A DNA stretch of 64,000 nt from Rebecca billardiae RCC1528 (taxonomy: Eukaryota; Protista; Haptophyta), in NCBI GenBank assembly GCA_965240325.2, contig OZ251223.1, positions 434,001-498,000 of the forward strand, read 5' to 3'. Below, in pieces: positions 21,646-31,600 of this stretch. Position 1 is the stretch's first letter. Every line of letters begins with the position of its first letter. Position numbers and translations under genes: made by a program. The notes below the pieces were generated by a model, which searched no databases, was not told where the DNA came from, and saw only the letters and a program-made list of their open reading frames with translations.

Positions 21646-22983
21646 TCACGAAGCCGCGGCCGGTGGCGCCCCCTTCTTGTGCTTCTGCGCGCCCCGCTGC
21701 ACAGCCTGGAAACCGAGCAGCCGCCGGCCGAACGCCGGGTGCGCGCTCGGCAGCAGGCCCTTCTTGCGTGAGAAGCCCATGAGCCCGATCCGCCCGGGCA
21801 TCGGGCGCCAGATGACAACACCGTCGAACGGTGACGGCACGGTCATGTCCATCATGGGCAGATGGACGATGAGCTCGCAGCTGGGCAGCGCGAGCGGCAC
21901 GGTGTCGAGCGAGGCCCAGTTGGACACGGCCACGTACCGGCCAGGACCGGAGAGCATGCCCGTGAAGCCCGGGATGGGCGTCGCCCGGTGCCGCCGTGCG
22001 ACGAAGTGGCCGTCGTCGTCGACACGCAGCGAGCGGCGCACGTCGGCGGGCGTGGCCGCGTCGCCGCGGAAGAAGGGAACCATCACGGTGTAGTTGCCGG
22101 CGTCGGTGGCGACGGCGGGGAGGAGGCGCTCGTCCCGGCCGCGCAGGCTCACCTCCATCAGCCCGACTTTCGCCGGCAGGAGCTCCGCGAAGACAAGGCT
22201 GGTCAGTACATCGTTGCTGCTCACAAACGGCAGGCCGGCTGCCGCCGCCGCCTCCGTCTTGCGCTGCTGCAGCCACGCGTCGTCCACCTCGACGGCGAGC
22301 AGGTCGCGCGGCCGGCCGCGCGACACGTCTGCCAGCGTGCTACCGATGAGCCCGAGCGTGAAGCCCGTGTGCTCGAAGCTGAACAGCCCCTTCTCCTCGC
22401 GGCCCACCACGCGCTCCTGCGCGGCTGCAAAGTTGGCATGCCGCTCGGCGCGCAGCGCTCGCACGCTCTCCTCGCCGCCGCTCAGCATCGCCGCGAGTGC
22501 GTACATGGTCGCGCCGTCGCCAAGGACGTGGTTCAGGCTGAGCACGAGCGCGAACCGACCGCTGTGCGCGCGGTCCCTCACGACACAGACGCGGAAGGCA
22601 GAGCCGCTCGTGCCGGCGAGCGCGAGCGCGTTCTCGACGGTGAACTCGCGCAGGGCCTGGCCCAACGCGACGTACGACTCGTACGAGAGCGACGCCTCGC
22701 CGCGCTGGAAGTGCCTGTCCAGTAGGGACGGGGCAAACGTGCGCGGGTAGACCCAGCTCTTCTCCTTGGTGCAGCGAGCGGCGAGCCATGGGTTTGCCAC
22801 GAGCATGGCGCCGACGCGTTCGCGCACGTGCGCAGCGGCAGTCTCGTCGTCGCCCTGCATCAGCCATGCGGCCGAAGCTGCTACGGCCATGTTGTGCGTC
22901 TTATCGTGCGGCGTGATCTCGAGGTGCGTGTCCTCCTCCGGGGCCCATAGTCCCTCCGGCGCGAGCTTGGCCCCTTTGCCCAT
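21646..22983 (-). CDS. CoA-dependent acyltransferase (HXXXD/BAHD-like)
   Basis: LSLNHVLGDG (HXXXD), VSSNDVLTS, GNY and SNW; intronless, 445 aa. Confidence 0.75.
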   Translation of the reverse strand: MGKGAKLAPEGLWAPEEDTHLEITPHDKTHNMAVAASAAWLMQGDDETAAAHVRERVGAMLVANPWLAARCTKEKSWVYPRTFAPSLLDRHFQRGEASLSYESYVALGQALREFTVENALALAGTSGSAFRVCVVRDRAHSGRFALVLSLNHVLGDGATMYALAAMLSGGEESVRALRAERHANFAAAQERVVGREEKGLFSFEHTGFTLGLIGSTLADVSRGRPRDLLAVEVDDAWLQQRKTEAAAAAGLPFVSSNDVLTSLVFAELLPAKVGLMEVSLRGRDERLLPAVATDAGNYTVMVPFFRGDAATPADVRRSLRVDDDGHFVARRHRATPIPGFTGMLSGPGRYVAVSNWASLDTVPLALPSCELIVHLPMMDMTVPSPFDGVVIWRPMPGRIGLMGFSRKKGLLPSAHPAFGRRLLGFQAVQRGAQKHKKGAPPAAAS

Positions 22984-23055
22984 GGTAAGATGACGAGCGT
23001 TTCACCGCTGCGCCACCATAGTCGCCGCTCTGGTGGCGCAGCTGCAGTACTGGTA

Positions 23056-25543
23056 CAGTTTACTATGTTTTAACGTGCATATGTAAAACGCTTCTTCATC
23101 TTACCACCTGATCCAGCCGCATGCGACGAGTCGACGACAACACAGGCGCCTCACAGCCAGGGCCAGTGCCAGTGGCCCGGACCCCAGCCCAGCTACTGGG
23201 CTCGCTGACGGTCCCCTCCGAGTCCCCTTCCCCGCACAGGGATCGGCTAGTGGCTGGCCCTAGGTCTGCCCACACTGGGTGGGGCACCCTAGGGCTAGGG
23301 GGTGCCCCTTGGCTGCCCGGACGACTTGGCTCACACTAGTCACACTCGATGATCTCGAATTGCAAGACAGCTGACAGTGCGCTGCTTGTACCCGACCCCT
23401 GACCCCACAGACCGTCAGCACAGTGAGTAACTATAGTGAGCTTGTATGCTGTTGGCAATGGCAGTACCCCCGCCCCCTCTGGAGGCGGGCTGTCCACAGT
23501 GGAGTGCGTGGTGTTAGGGCGCACTATATTAGGTGTCTCGGTCAGTGGTTGCGGAGGTTGGGTGGGGTGGTGGTCGGTTGATGGGGGCTGGCCACTACGG
23601 TAGCGGCTGGAGGCTTCACGGACCGGCGCCAGTCTCAGTCAGATGACAGATCACCCGGAGCCCATTGGCATTATAATATATAAACGGGAAATTAAAAAAA
23701 CCGCCGGATACTTACTGCTGCTGTATAAAGGATAGCCTAAAAAGCAGGATAGTGAACCGACCACATACGTGCTCCTACTACGGCGGTTACACAGCCATTG
23801 ACCGTCGTGCTCCACCGGTTCAACCAAGAGGCAAGAGTCATCGTCGTTCTTCCGTCATCAATATCGGTCCGTCATCGTCGCGCGCGGGCAATCCATCAAA
23901 GCAGAGTTGGCCCTTGATGGTAGAACGCACCCGCCTCGTACAGTAGACCAGGCCTGATGCGCTCAATGATTCTCATCATGACTCCGCGCTTTGGCGAGCA
24001 GGTCGTCGAGCACAGCCGCGGCGTGCCCGGGCGCAAGGTACAACCCGTGTCCGGCGCCACGGATGTAGTGCTTCGTGCTCGTCGGGATGCGCTCGGCGAG
24101 CCAGTCGGCCGTGCGCAACGGCACGGTCGCGTCGGCATCCCCGTACCACAGGGCGACCGGCACGTTGATGCGGCGGTAGGCCGTCTCAGCGCTCAGCTCG
24201 TCAGCGCCGTCGGCGCGCGGCCTCGCGTGCAGCGGCGAGAGCCCTTGCTGTGCGTCGAGTGCAAAGCCGCGGCCCGCGTTGGCGACGCCGTCCGCAATGA
24301 CGCGGCGCACGAGGGCGGCGGCCGCGTCCGAGCGCAGCGCCTCCGGCGCGACGCGCGCGTACGCGCGGAACGGCGGCCCGAAGAGGACGAGCGCACCCGC
24401 GCTCGCCGCCGCCCAGATGAGTGGGCCGCCGATGCTCAGCGGCAGGCTGTTGAAGACGCCCTCGAAGAGGCCGGAGGGATGCGCGGGCGAGAAGTAGCCC
24501 GAGGCGCTGACGTCGCTCACGCCGACGACCATCGCCGCCGCGAGCACGCGCCGCCGCGTCGCCTCGTCGCGCGCGGTGAGCAGCGCCATCACGTGCGGCC
24601 CGCCGTTCGAGATGCCCAGCACTGCGAACGAATCGACGCCGAGCTGGTCGCACACGCGCGCGACGAGGCGCGGGTAGTCGCGGCGGATACGGAAGCGGGG
24701 GTTGAGCTCAGTCCCGCCCATCCCCGGCTTGTCGATCGCGACGAGGTGGATGCCCCGCTCGGCGTAGATGTCGGCCGAGCCGTCCCCGCTCGCGAGGCTG
24801 TGCAACGGGATCTCCTCGCAAGACGTGGGCGCGCCGCCGGCGTACACCACAGTGAGCCGTGCCTGCGCGAGCGGAGCGCCCCACGTCGTCACTTTGACAC
24901 GGTGGGGGAGACCCACCGAGTCGCCCTCCCGGCGCACCAGCGCCAGCACTCGCCTTGCGAGTGGCGCCACGAGAGGTTTGGCGGCATGCCCGGCCGCCAT
25001 TGTTGTACTGTACGACTTGTACTACTACTGAGTACTGTGGCTGTACCGCGGCGGAGTTCGAGTAGTGAAGTACGGTGACTGTACCGCCCTTGCCGTTGGG
25101 ATCATCAACAGTAGCAGTGTGACGATGAGTCAGTAGCAACTACTCGTCCGCGATGATCGATCGATCGCGGACGATACTTAATTAGCTATACCGACTGCTA
25201 TGACTATACGACATATACTCGTGGTGGATATATTTGCTGCTGTACTGTCGGGCTCTACGTTCCCTACTACATCCTCATCCTGTCTGCGCGCTGTCGCATC
25301 GGCGCCCAGTCGGCGCGAGTTCGGACGACGACGTTTTGTGGACGACGGTGGGGCGAGGACGACGGGCGCTGGCGCGCCGCGAGGCGGCCGCAGCCCTCAT
25401 CCAGGCCTCGCAGGCGGACGGCTGAACGGAACTTTTTCCGCGGCGGCGCTACCATATCGGCGACGGCTTCATGGGCGGTGACAGTTGGCGGGCGTCAATC
25501 TCGCCTGCCTGAGCTGTGTGCGTCTCTTATTCTTAGTAAACTG
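23056..25543. mobile_element. Inward-facing ta|CAGTTTACTA ... TAGTAAACTG|ta termini (candidate composite element)
   Basis: Perfect 10-bp TIR with TA outside both ends; related termini at 10107 and 15766. Confidence 0.4.
23963..25000 (-). CDS. Alpha/beta hydrolase (Abhydrolase_1-like)
   Basis: IDKPGMGGT, nucleophile elbow GISNGG, WYGDADATVP (Asp) and GAGHG (His); intronless. Confidence 0.9.
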   Translation of the reverse strand: MAAGHAAKPLVAPLARRVLALVRREGDSVGLPHRVKVTTWGAPLAQARLTVVYAGGAPTSCEEIPLHSLASGDGSADIYAERGIHLVAIDKPGMGGTELNPRFRIRRDYPRLVARVCDQLGVDSFAVLGISNGGPHVMALLTARDEATRRRVLAAAMVVGVSDVSASGYFSPAHPSGLFEGVFNSLPLSIGGPLIWAAASAGALVLFGPPFRAYARVAPEALRSDAAAALVRRVIADGVANAGRGFALDAQQGLSPLHARPRADGADELSAETAYRRINVPVALWYGDADATVPLRTADWLAERIPTSTKHYIRGAGHGLYLAPGHAAAVLDDLLAKARSHDENH

Positions 25544-25688
25544 TAGAATGTCGGGGTCGTCGATGGCCGGACTCGTCAGGAGACAAGACCCAGGTCATCA
25601 TCGTGACATCGTCACTGAGGCCCGCGCCGCTGCGCGCGCCCGCGACGACTCGGCTGCGTGACGTCGTCATCAGGGCATCAGGCAGTCA

Positions 25689-28600
25689 TCAGTAGTAGCT
25701 GTTGCGGATGACGCGGTCGGACGAGTTCCGAATCTTGACGATCTCGGCGGCGACGCCGTGCGAGACCCAGAGCTCCTCCAGCTGCCGAAGCCGCCTGCGC
25801 CGCGCGGCGGGCGTCGTGCACGCGGCGGCGCAGCGCTCAGCGCCTGGCACGCCGCGCCGCGCCGCGCCACGCCCGCCCCTCCCCCCCCGCGGCGCACGCA
25901 CCCGCTCGCCGCGCGCGCGCCGCCGCCGCCGCGCGCGCGCACGGCGCCCTGCGCGCACCCCTGGTGCAGGAAGAGCGGGCGGCCCCGCTTGAGCAGCGGG
26001 TCCTCGTCGCCGTGCGCGTCTACGTACGGAGAGGGTGCGTAAGCGGCGCGTGAGCCTCGCGTGAGAAGGACCTGCCGCACGCGCACACGGGCGGGCGGGC
26101 GGGCGGGCGCGCGGGGGAGGGGGAGAGAGGGCGAGAGGTTGGAGGCGCGCCTTCGCGCCGCGCGCCGCGCCGCGCCGCGCGTCGTCGCGCGCTACGCGTC
26201 GCACCGAGCAGCGGTTGAGTAGGAAAAACAGGCCCAGCCCCCAGCCACAGTTCCGCGCGTGCTGCGTAAGTTCGCCCACGCCGTGCGCCTTGCAACACGC
26301 GCTGCCCGCACAGAGTAGTGAGCCGCAGAGCAGGCACAGCGCGGGCTCATCTGGCCAGGTGCCGCAGCGCGCGCACACGCGGCTGCTGAGCTGCGCATAC
26401 TGCTCGGTGAAGGAGGGCGCGAGGCGGACGAGCCGCGCGGCGCGCGGCGGCGCGCCCGGCGGCGCGAGCGCGCCGCCGCCACGGCGCGCGCTGAGCGCCC
26501 AGCCGCGCACGCGTGCGAGCATGGGGGCATGGAACAGCAGCTGCGCAGCAGTTGGCGCGCCGAGCGCGCGCTGCGCCGCCTCGAGCGCGAGTGCGGCCGA
26601 GGAGGCGGCGGAGGGCGGCTCGGCCGTCGCCGCGCCGCCGAGCGCCACGCCGCACGCGCGCAGCGCGCTCAGCGCGGAGGCCTCGAGGGCCGCGCTGCCG
26701 CCGCTGCCGCCGCCGGCCGCCGCGCCGTCGGCGCCTGCCGCGCCGCCGGCGCGCAGTCGCACGGCGCCGGCGCGGCTGAGCGCGACAGCATGCAGCAGGG
26801 CGAGAGCGCGGCGCGAAAACGAGCACGCCACCTCCGCCGCGGCGCCCAGCGACTCGTCGGAGAATTCGGCGGGCGCAGCCGACTCGCTCGAGCCGCCGCC
26901 ACCGCCGCCGCCCTCGCCTGCCGCCGCCCGCGCGAGCTCGGCCGCGAGGGCGCGCAGACTGGAGATGGCGGCGGCACCGCTCGCGCCGCCCGCGCCGCCC
27001 GCGCCCGCGCCCGTCGGCGCCGCACTCCCGCCGCCCGCGCGCGCCGCGCCGAGCAGCGCGTGCGCGAGCGCGGCGCACGCCAGCGCGCGCGCGAGCATCG
27101 CGACGTCCGCGAGGCCGTCGCACGCGCCCAGCGCGGCGCAGAGCAGCTCAAAAGGATCTGGCCTGGCAAGGGCCCCAAGCAGAGACGCGCGGCGGTAGAG
27201 CGCGCGCGAGGCGCGCTCGCGCTCGGGCGTGGGCGCGCCGCTACGGATCGCAGACGAGGTGGGCGCGGCGGGGTGCGTGCACGCGACCACGTGCCGCAGC
27301 CGCCGCAGCTGCACACCCTCAGCGTCGCCCGCGAGCGCCTCGGCGGTCGACGGCTCCGGGCAGTCTTCGACGCCCGCGCGCGCGGCCGCGGCCGCGGCGC
27401 GGCTGGTCCAGTCGGCCGCGGTCGCGGGGCCGGTGGCGCCGGTGGCAAGGAGCTCGCGCAGCGGCGCGCACACGTGGGCCTCCGCGGCGCCGCGCGCGTG
27501 CGGCCGCTCGGCGGGCGCGGCGCGCACCGCCGCCGCAAGCCCAAGCAGTGCGGTGCTCGGCGGCACGGGCGGCGCGCGCCCGCCCGCCGCCCAGTCCGCC
27601 GCAGCCTGCTCCGCTGTGAGCGTGCACGCGAGGGTTCCAAAGAGAACGCCGAGGGCCTCCGCCGTCGAGAGCGCGCAGTGCCGCGCGCGCTCGGACATCG
27701 GCGTGCGCAGCAGCGCCTCGTCAGACAGCAGGGCCAACGAGGGCCGGCCGCTGCCGCCGACCCCGACCGCGCCGCCGCCGCCGCCGCCGGCCGCGCCGCC
27801 GCCGGCCGCGCCGCCGCCGCCGGCCTCGGCCGCGGCTCGGGCCTCGAACTGGGCGACGGCGGTGGCCTGTGAGGCGACGAGGGAGGCGGCGATGCCGTCG
27901 ACGTCCGACGGCACGGGCAGCAGCGCGACGAGCGGTCTCGCCCCCAGCGGGTCGTTGGACGCGAGAAGAAGCGGCGGGTCGAGAGGCGAGAGCGAAGCCA
28001 GCCGCTGCGCGAGACGGCACACCGAGCGCGCGCCGCCGGCACCGAGCGCGGCGGCGGCGGCGGGCGGCGGGGCAGCCGCGGCTCCGTCCGCACCGCCGTC
28101 GGCGGCGCCGCCGGCCGAGCCGAGCGCGCTCGCCGCGCGCGAGCCGAGCCAGGCGTCCAGCTCGGCCGCCGGGTCGCCGCCGCCCTCGGCCGCGGCCGCG
28201 GCCGCGGACGCGGCGGCGTCAGGGGGCGCACCGGCACCCGCACCCGCGCCTGGCGGCTCCGCCGCGGCGGACGCGGCGCCGGCCGGCGGCGGCGCGGTGC
28301 GGCCGAGCGCGGGCAGCAGGCAGTTCGATGGTCGCCGGCACAGCGGGCAGTGGAACTCGCCCCGTCCGATATCAACCGCCGAGCGGCCGTCATGAACGAG
28401 CTCAAAGTCGTCGCGGGCGCGCAGGTTGTGGCAGTGCGCGCCGAAGCAGCGCGCGTGCACGGCGTGGCCGCACGCGCGCACGTGCAGGCCCGTGCCGACG
28501 GGTGCGCCGCGCGCCGCGAGCGGCGGGAGCGGGAGCGCGACCGACGCGGCGGCGGCCACCTCGTCGCCCTCTGCGGCGAGCAGCGCGCGCGTCGGCTGCG

Positions 28601-31600
28601 CGAGCGCAATGAGTAGCAACGTGCCCGCCTCCGCCGCCTCCTCCTCGCCCTCCGCGCCGTGCTCCTCCGCGAGGCGCGCCTGGTGGCAGATGATGCACAG
28701 GGGCGCGGCGCACTCCGCCTCCTCCTCCTCCGCCTCCTCCGCCTCCGCCTCGGCGCCCTCGGCGCGCGCGTCTGCCAGGGAGGGCTCAGCGTCAGCGAGC
28801 TCTGCGGCTGCGGCCTGGCCGGGCGCGCGCTCGCCGCCGCCGGAGCCGCCGACGCCGCCGACGCCAGCCGCCGATGCGGAGGCTGCCGGCGGCGTGGGCT
28901 CGCGCGACGGGCCGCGCGGCTGCGCGCCGCCGCCGCCCGCCGCGCCGCCGCCCGCCTGGCTCGCGGCGAACGCGTCTCGGCTCGCCTGCATCTCGGAGAG
29001 GGCGCGCGCGCGAGCGGCTTTGGCCGCCTCGCGCCGCGCCGCGCGCGCCGCCTCGCCCGCCCCGCCCTCGGCGGAGCCAAGCGCGGAGGGCGAGGGCGCG
29101 CCGTCGGCGCCGGCCGCGCCCGCGTCCGCGCCGCCGCCGGCCGCGCCGCTCGCTGCTGCGCCGGGCGCGCGCAGCTCCGGGCAGGCGCGCAGCGCACGGC
29201 CAAGTCTCTCGCTAAGCGCCGCGAGCGTGCGAAGCAGCCAGCACACGCCGTTCAGCGTGCGCGGCGCCAGCGCGCCGTGGTCGCTCGAGCTCGCGCCAGC
29301 CGCCTGGCTGTGCCGCAGCACGCGCACCAGGGCGTGCAGCGCGCTGCCCGCCGGCGGGCCGAGCTCGGCTGACGCGTGCGCGCTGCGTTCGGCGCTTGCG
29401 CGCGCCGCGCGATGCTCAGCGCGCGCGCCGCCTCCTGCCTCCTCGTCGCTCTGCTGCCGCCGCTGGTGGTGCTGGGGCAGTGCACCCGCGCGCTCCGCGC
29501 GCGCCGCCGCCTCGCCCTCCGCACCGTCCACGCCCTCGGCCCGGACCAGAGCCGGGTGGGCCGTGAGCAGCGCGTCGGCAAACGCCGCGCACGCGCCCAG
29601 GCGCAGCCGCGCGCGCGCGGCCGCCTCCTCCTCCGACACGTGCGCCGCGTCCGCCCCGACGCCCTCCGCCGGCGGCTCCGCCGGCGCCGCCGCCGGGCCC
29701 GCGCTCTCGCCCTCCGAGCTCGCAATCTCGCGCTCGGAGATCGCGTGCGCGCCCAGCGTAAGCAGCTGCACCGCTGCACAGAGCACGTCCTCGTGCGCCC
29801 ACACGGACACAAACGCGGGCACGGAGGGCGGGCCGGCCGGGCCGGACGTGCCGGGCGCGGGCGCGGCGCCGCCGCCCGCGGCGCCGCTAGCGCCACCGCC
29901 GCCACCGCCGCCGCCGTCGCCGCCGCTGCCGCCGTCGCCGGCCGGAGCAGCGGGCGGCGCGCTGGCCAAGCGCGCGCTCGCGGCGAGCGCGTACCGTTGC
30001 AGGATGGCGGCGCACATGAGCACGGTGGGCGCGCCGGTGAGCAGCTCGAGGCGCGCGCGCCAGAAGAAGGGGTGGCACGGCGGCGGCGGCGGCGCGAGCG
30101 GGCGCGGCGCGGGCGCGCCCGCCGCGCGGCCGAGCGGGTCGGCCGCGAGCACGTCGGGCAGCGGCGGCGCGCGCTCCGCAACCGCCCGGAGCTCCCATGG
30201 CAGGAGGTGCCAAAAGCTCGGCTCGACGTGCGCCCAGAGCGACGGGCGCAGCGCGAGCTTGGGCGGCTCGGTCGGCGCGGCGCGCCCCGGCGCGGGCGGC
30301 GCCGGCGGCTGCGCGATCGACCCGATCAGCTCCTCCGCGAGCTCGGCCGCGCCCGCCGCGCCCGCCGCGCCCGCCGCGCCTGTCTTTCCGCCCGACGCGC
30401 GCACGTGGCTCAGCCAGTCCGCGAGGTCGGAGCGCGTGGCGGGCGCGGCGGCGAGCTTGTGCAGCAGCTCGCGGCGCAGCCACGCGCGCTCCGCCGCCGC
30501 GCCCGCCGCCGGCGGCATCTCCGTGCCCAGCACGCACACCAGCTTGAGCAGCTCGAGCGTGAGCGCAGGCGCGTGCTCGTTAGACCACGAGGCCCGCACC
30601 GGCCACGCGCGGCACGGCGCCGCGTGCGCGGACGGCGGCAGCGAGGCGGGCGCGACGGCGAGCCACTGGTGCAGCCCGTAGCGGTGCACCGCGCGCGCGA
30701 GCGCGCCGTCCGCGCTCGCGTGCGCCGCGCACAGCTGCACGAGCAGCACGTCGCGGTCGCGCAGCCGCAGGCACCATGGCAGCGCGTGCGCGTAATTCGT
30801 CGCCTGAGAAAGTGCCGAGGTGCCGTTGCGCCGCCACATGCCCGCGAGCGCCTGCGCGCACATGGCGAGCGTGCTCAGCGGGTACTCGACGACGCCGGCG
30901 ACCAGCCTGCCCAGCGGCGCGCGCGCCTCCCACCCGCCGCCCGCCGCGCCGTGCGCTGCGTACACCTGAGACAGAAGTCGATGGAGCAACGACGCTTCGC
31001 CCGCGCGCGAGTCGACGCGCGCGCACTCGGCGACGAGCGCGGCGATGGCGCGGTGCAGCGCCCAGTGGATGGAGCACGGGTCGCGCCAGACCTTGAGCGC
31101 GAGCCCGTCGAGCAGAACCTCGCGCCCCGGCGCGCCCGCCTCCGCGCCCGCCGCGCCCGCCGCATCACCCAGCGGCGCTGCCGGCGAACGCTCACCGTCA
31201 TCGGAGTCGTCGGAGTCGTCGTCGTCGTCGCCGCCGTCGTCGTCGCCGTCGTCGTCGTCCGCGCCCGCGCCCGCCACGCCCGCGCTCGGGCTCGTCCGCG
31301 TGAGCGACGCGCCGGGCAGGCAGCGCACCACGGGCGCGCACGCGCACGCCGCGTCCGAGCCCAGCCAGCCCAGCAGCTCGGCGATCAGCACACGGCCGAG
31401 CGCGAGCGCCACCGCGTCCGCGTCCGCGCTCGGCACTGGCGCGCGCGCCGCCGTCTCGTCACCGCCGGCGCCGTCCGCGCCGGCGGGCTCGGCGAGCGCG
31501 TGCGTGCACAGCGCGCCGCACACGCTGCCCAGCGCCATCGCGAGCGAGAGCGCGGTGATCCACGAGCGCGACTCGAACGCCACGTGCTCGGCGATGCGAC

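Noticed and set aside
23100-23640. CpG-poor block with small hairpin GGGGCACCC...GGGTGCCCC
   Set aside because: Probably an old repeat fragment, but it has no boundaries, second copy or coding signal to support a call.
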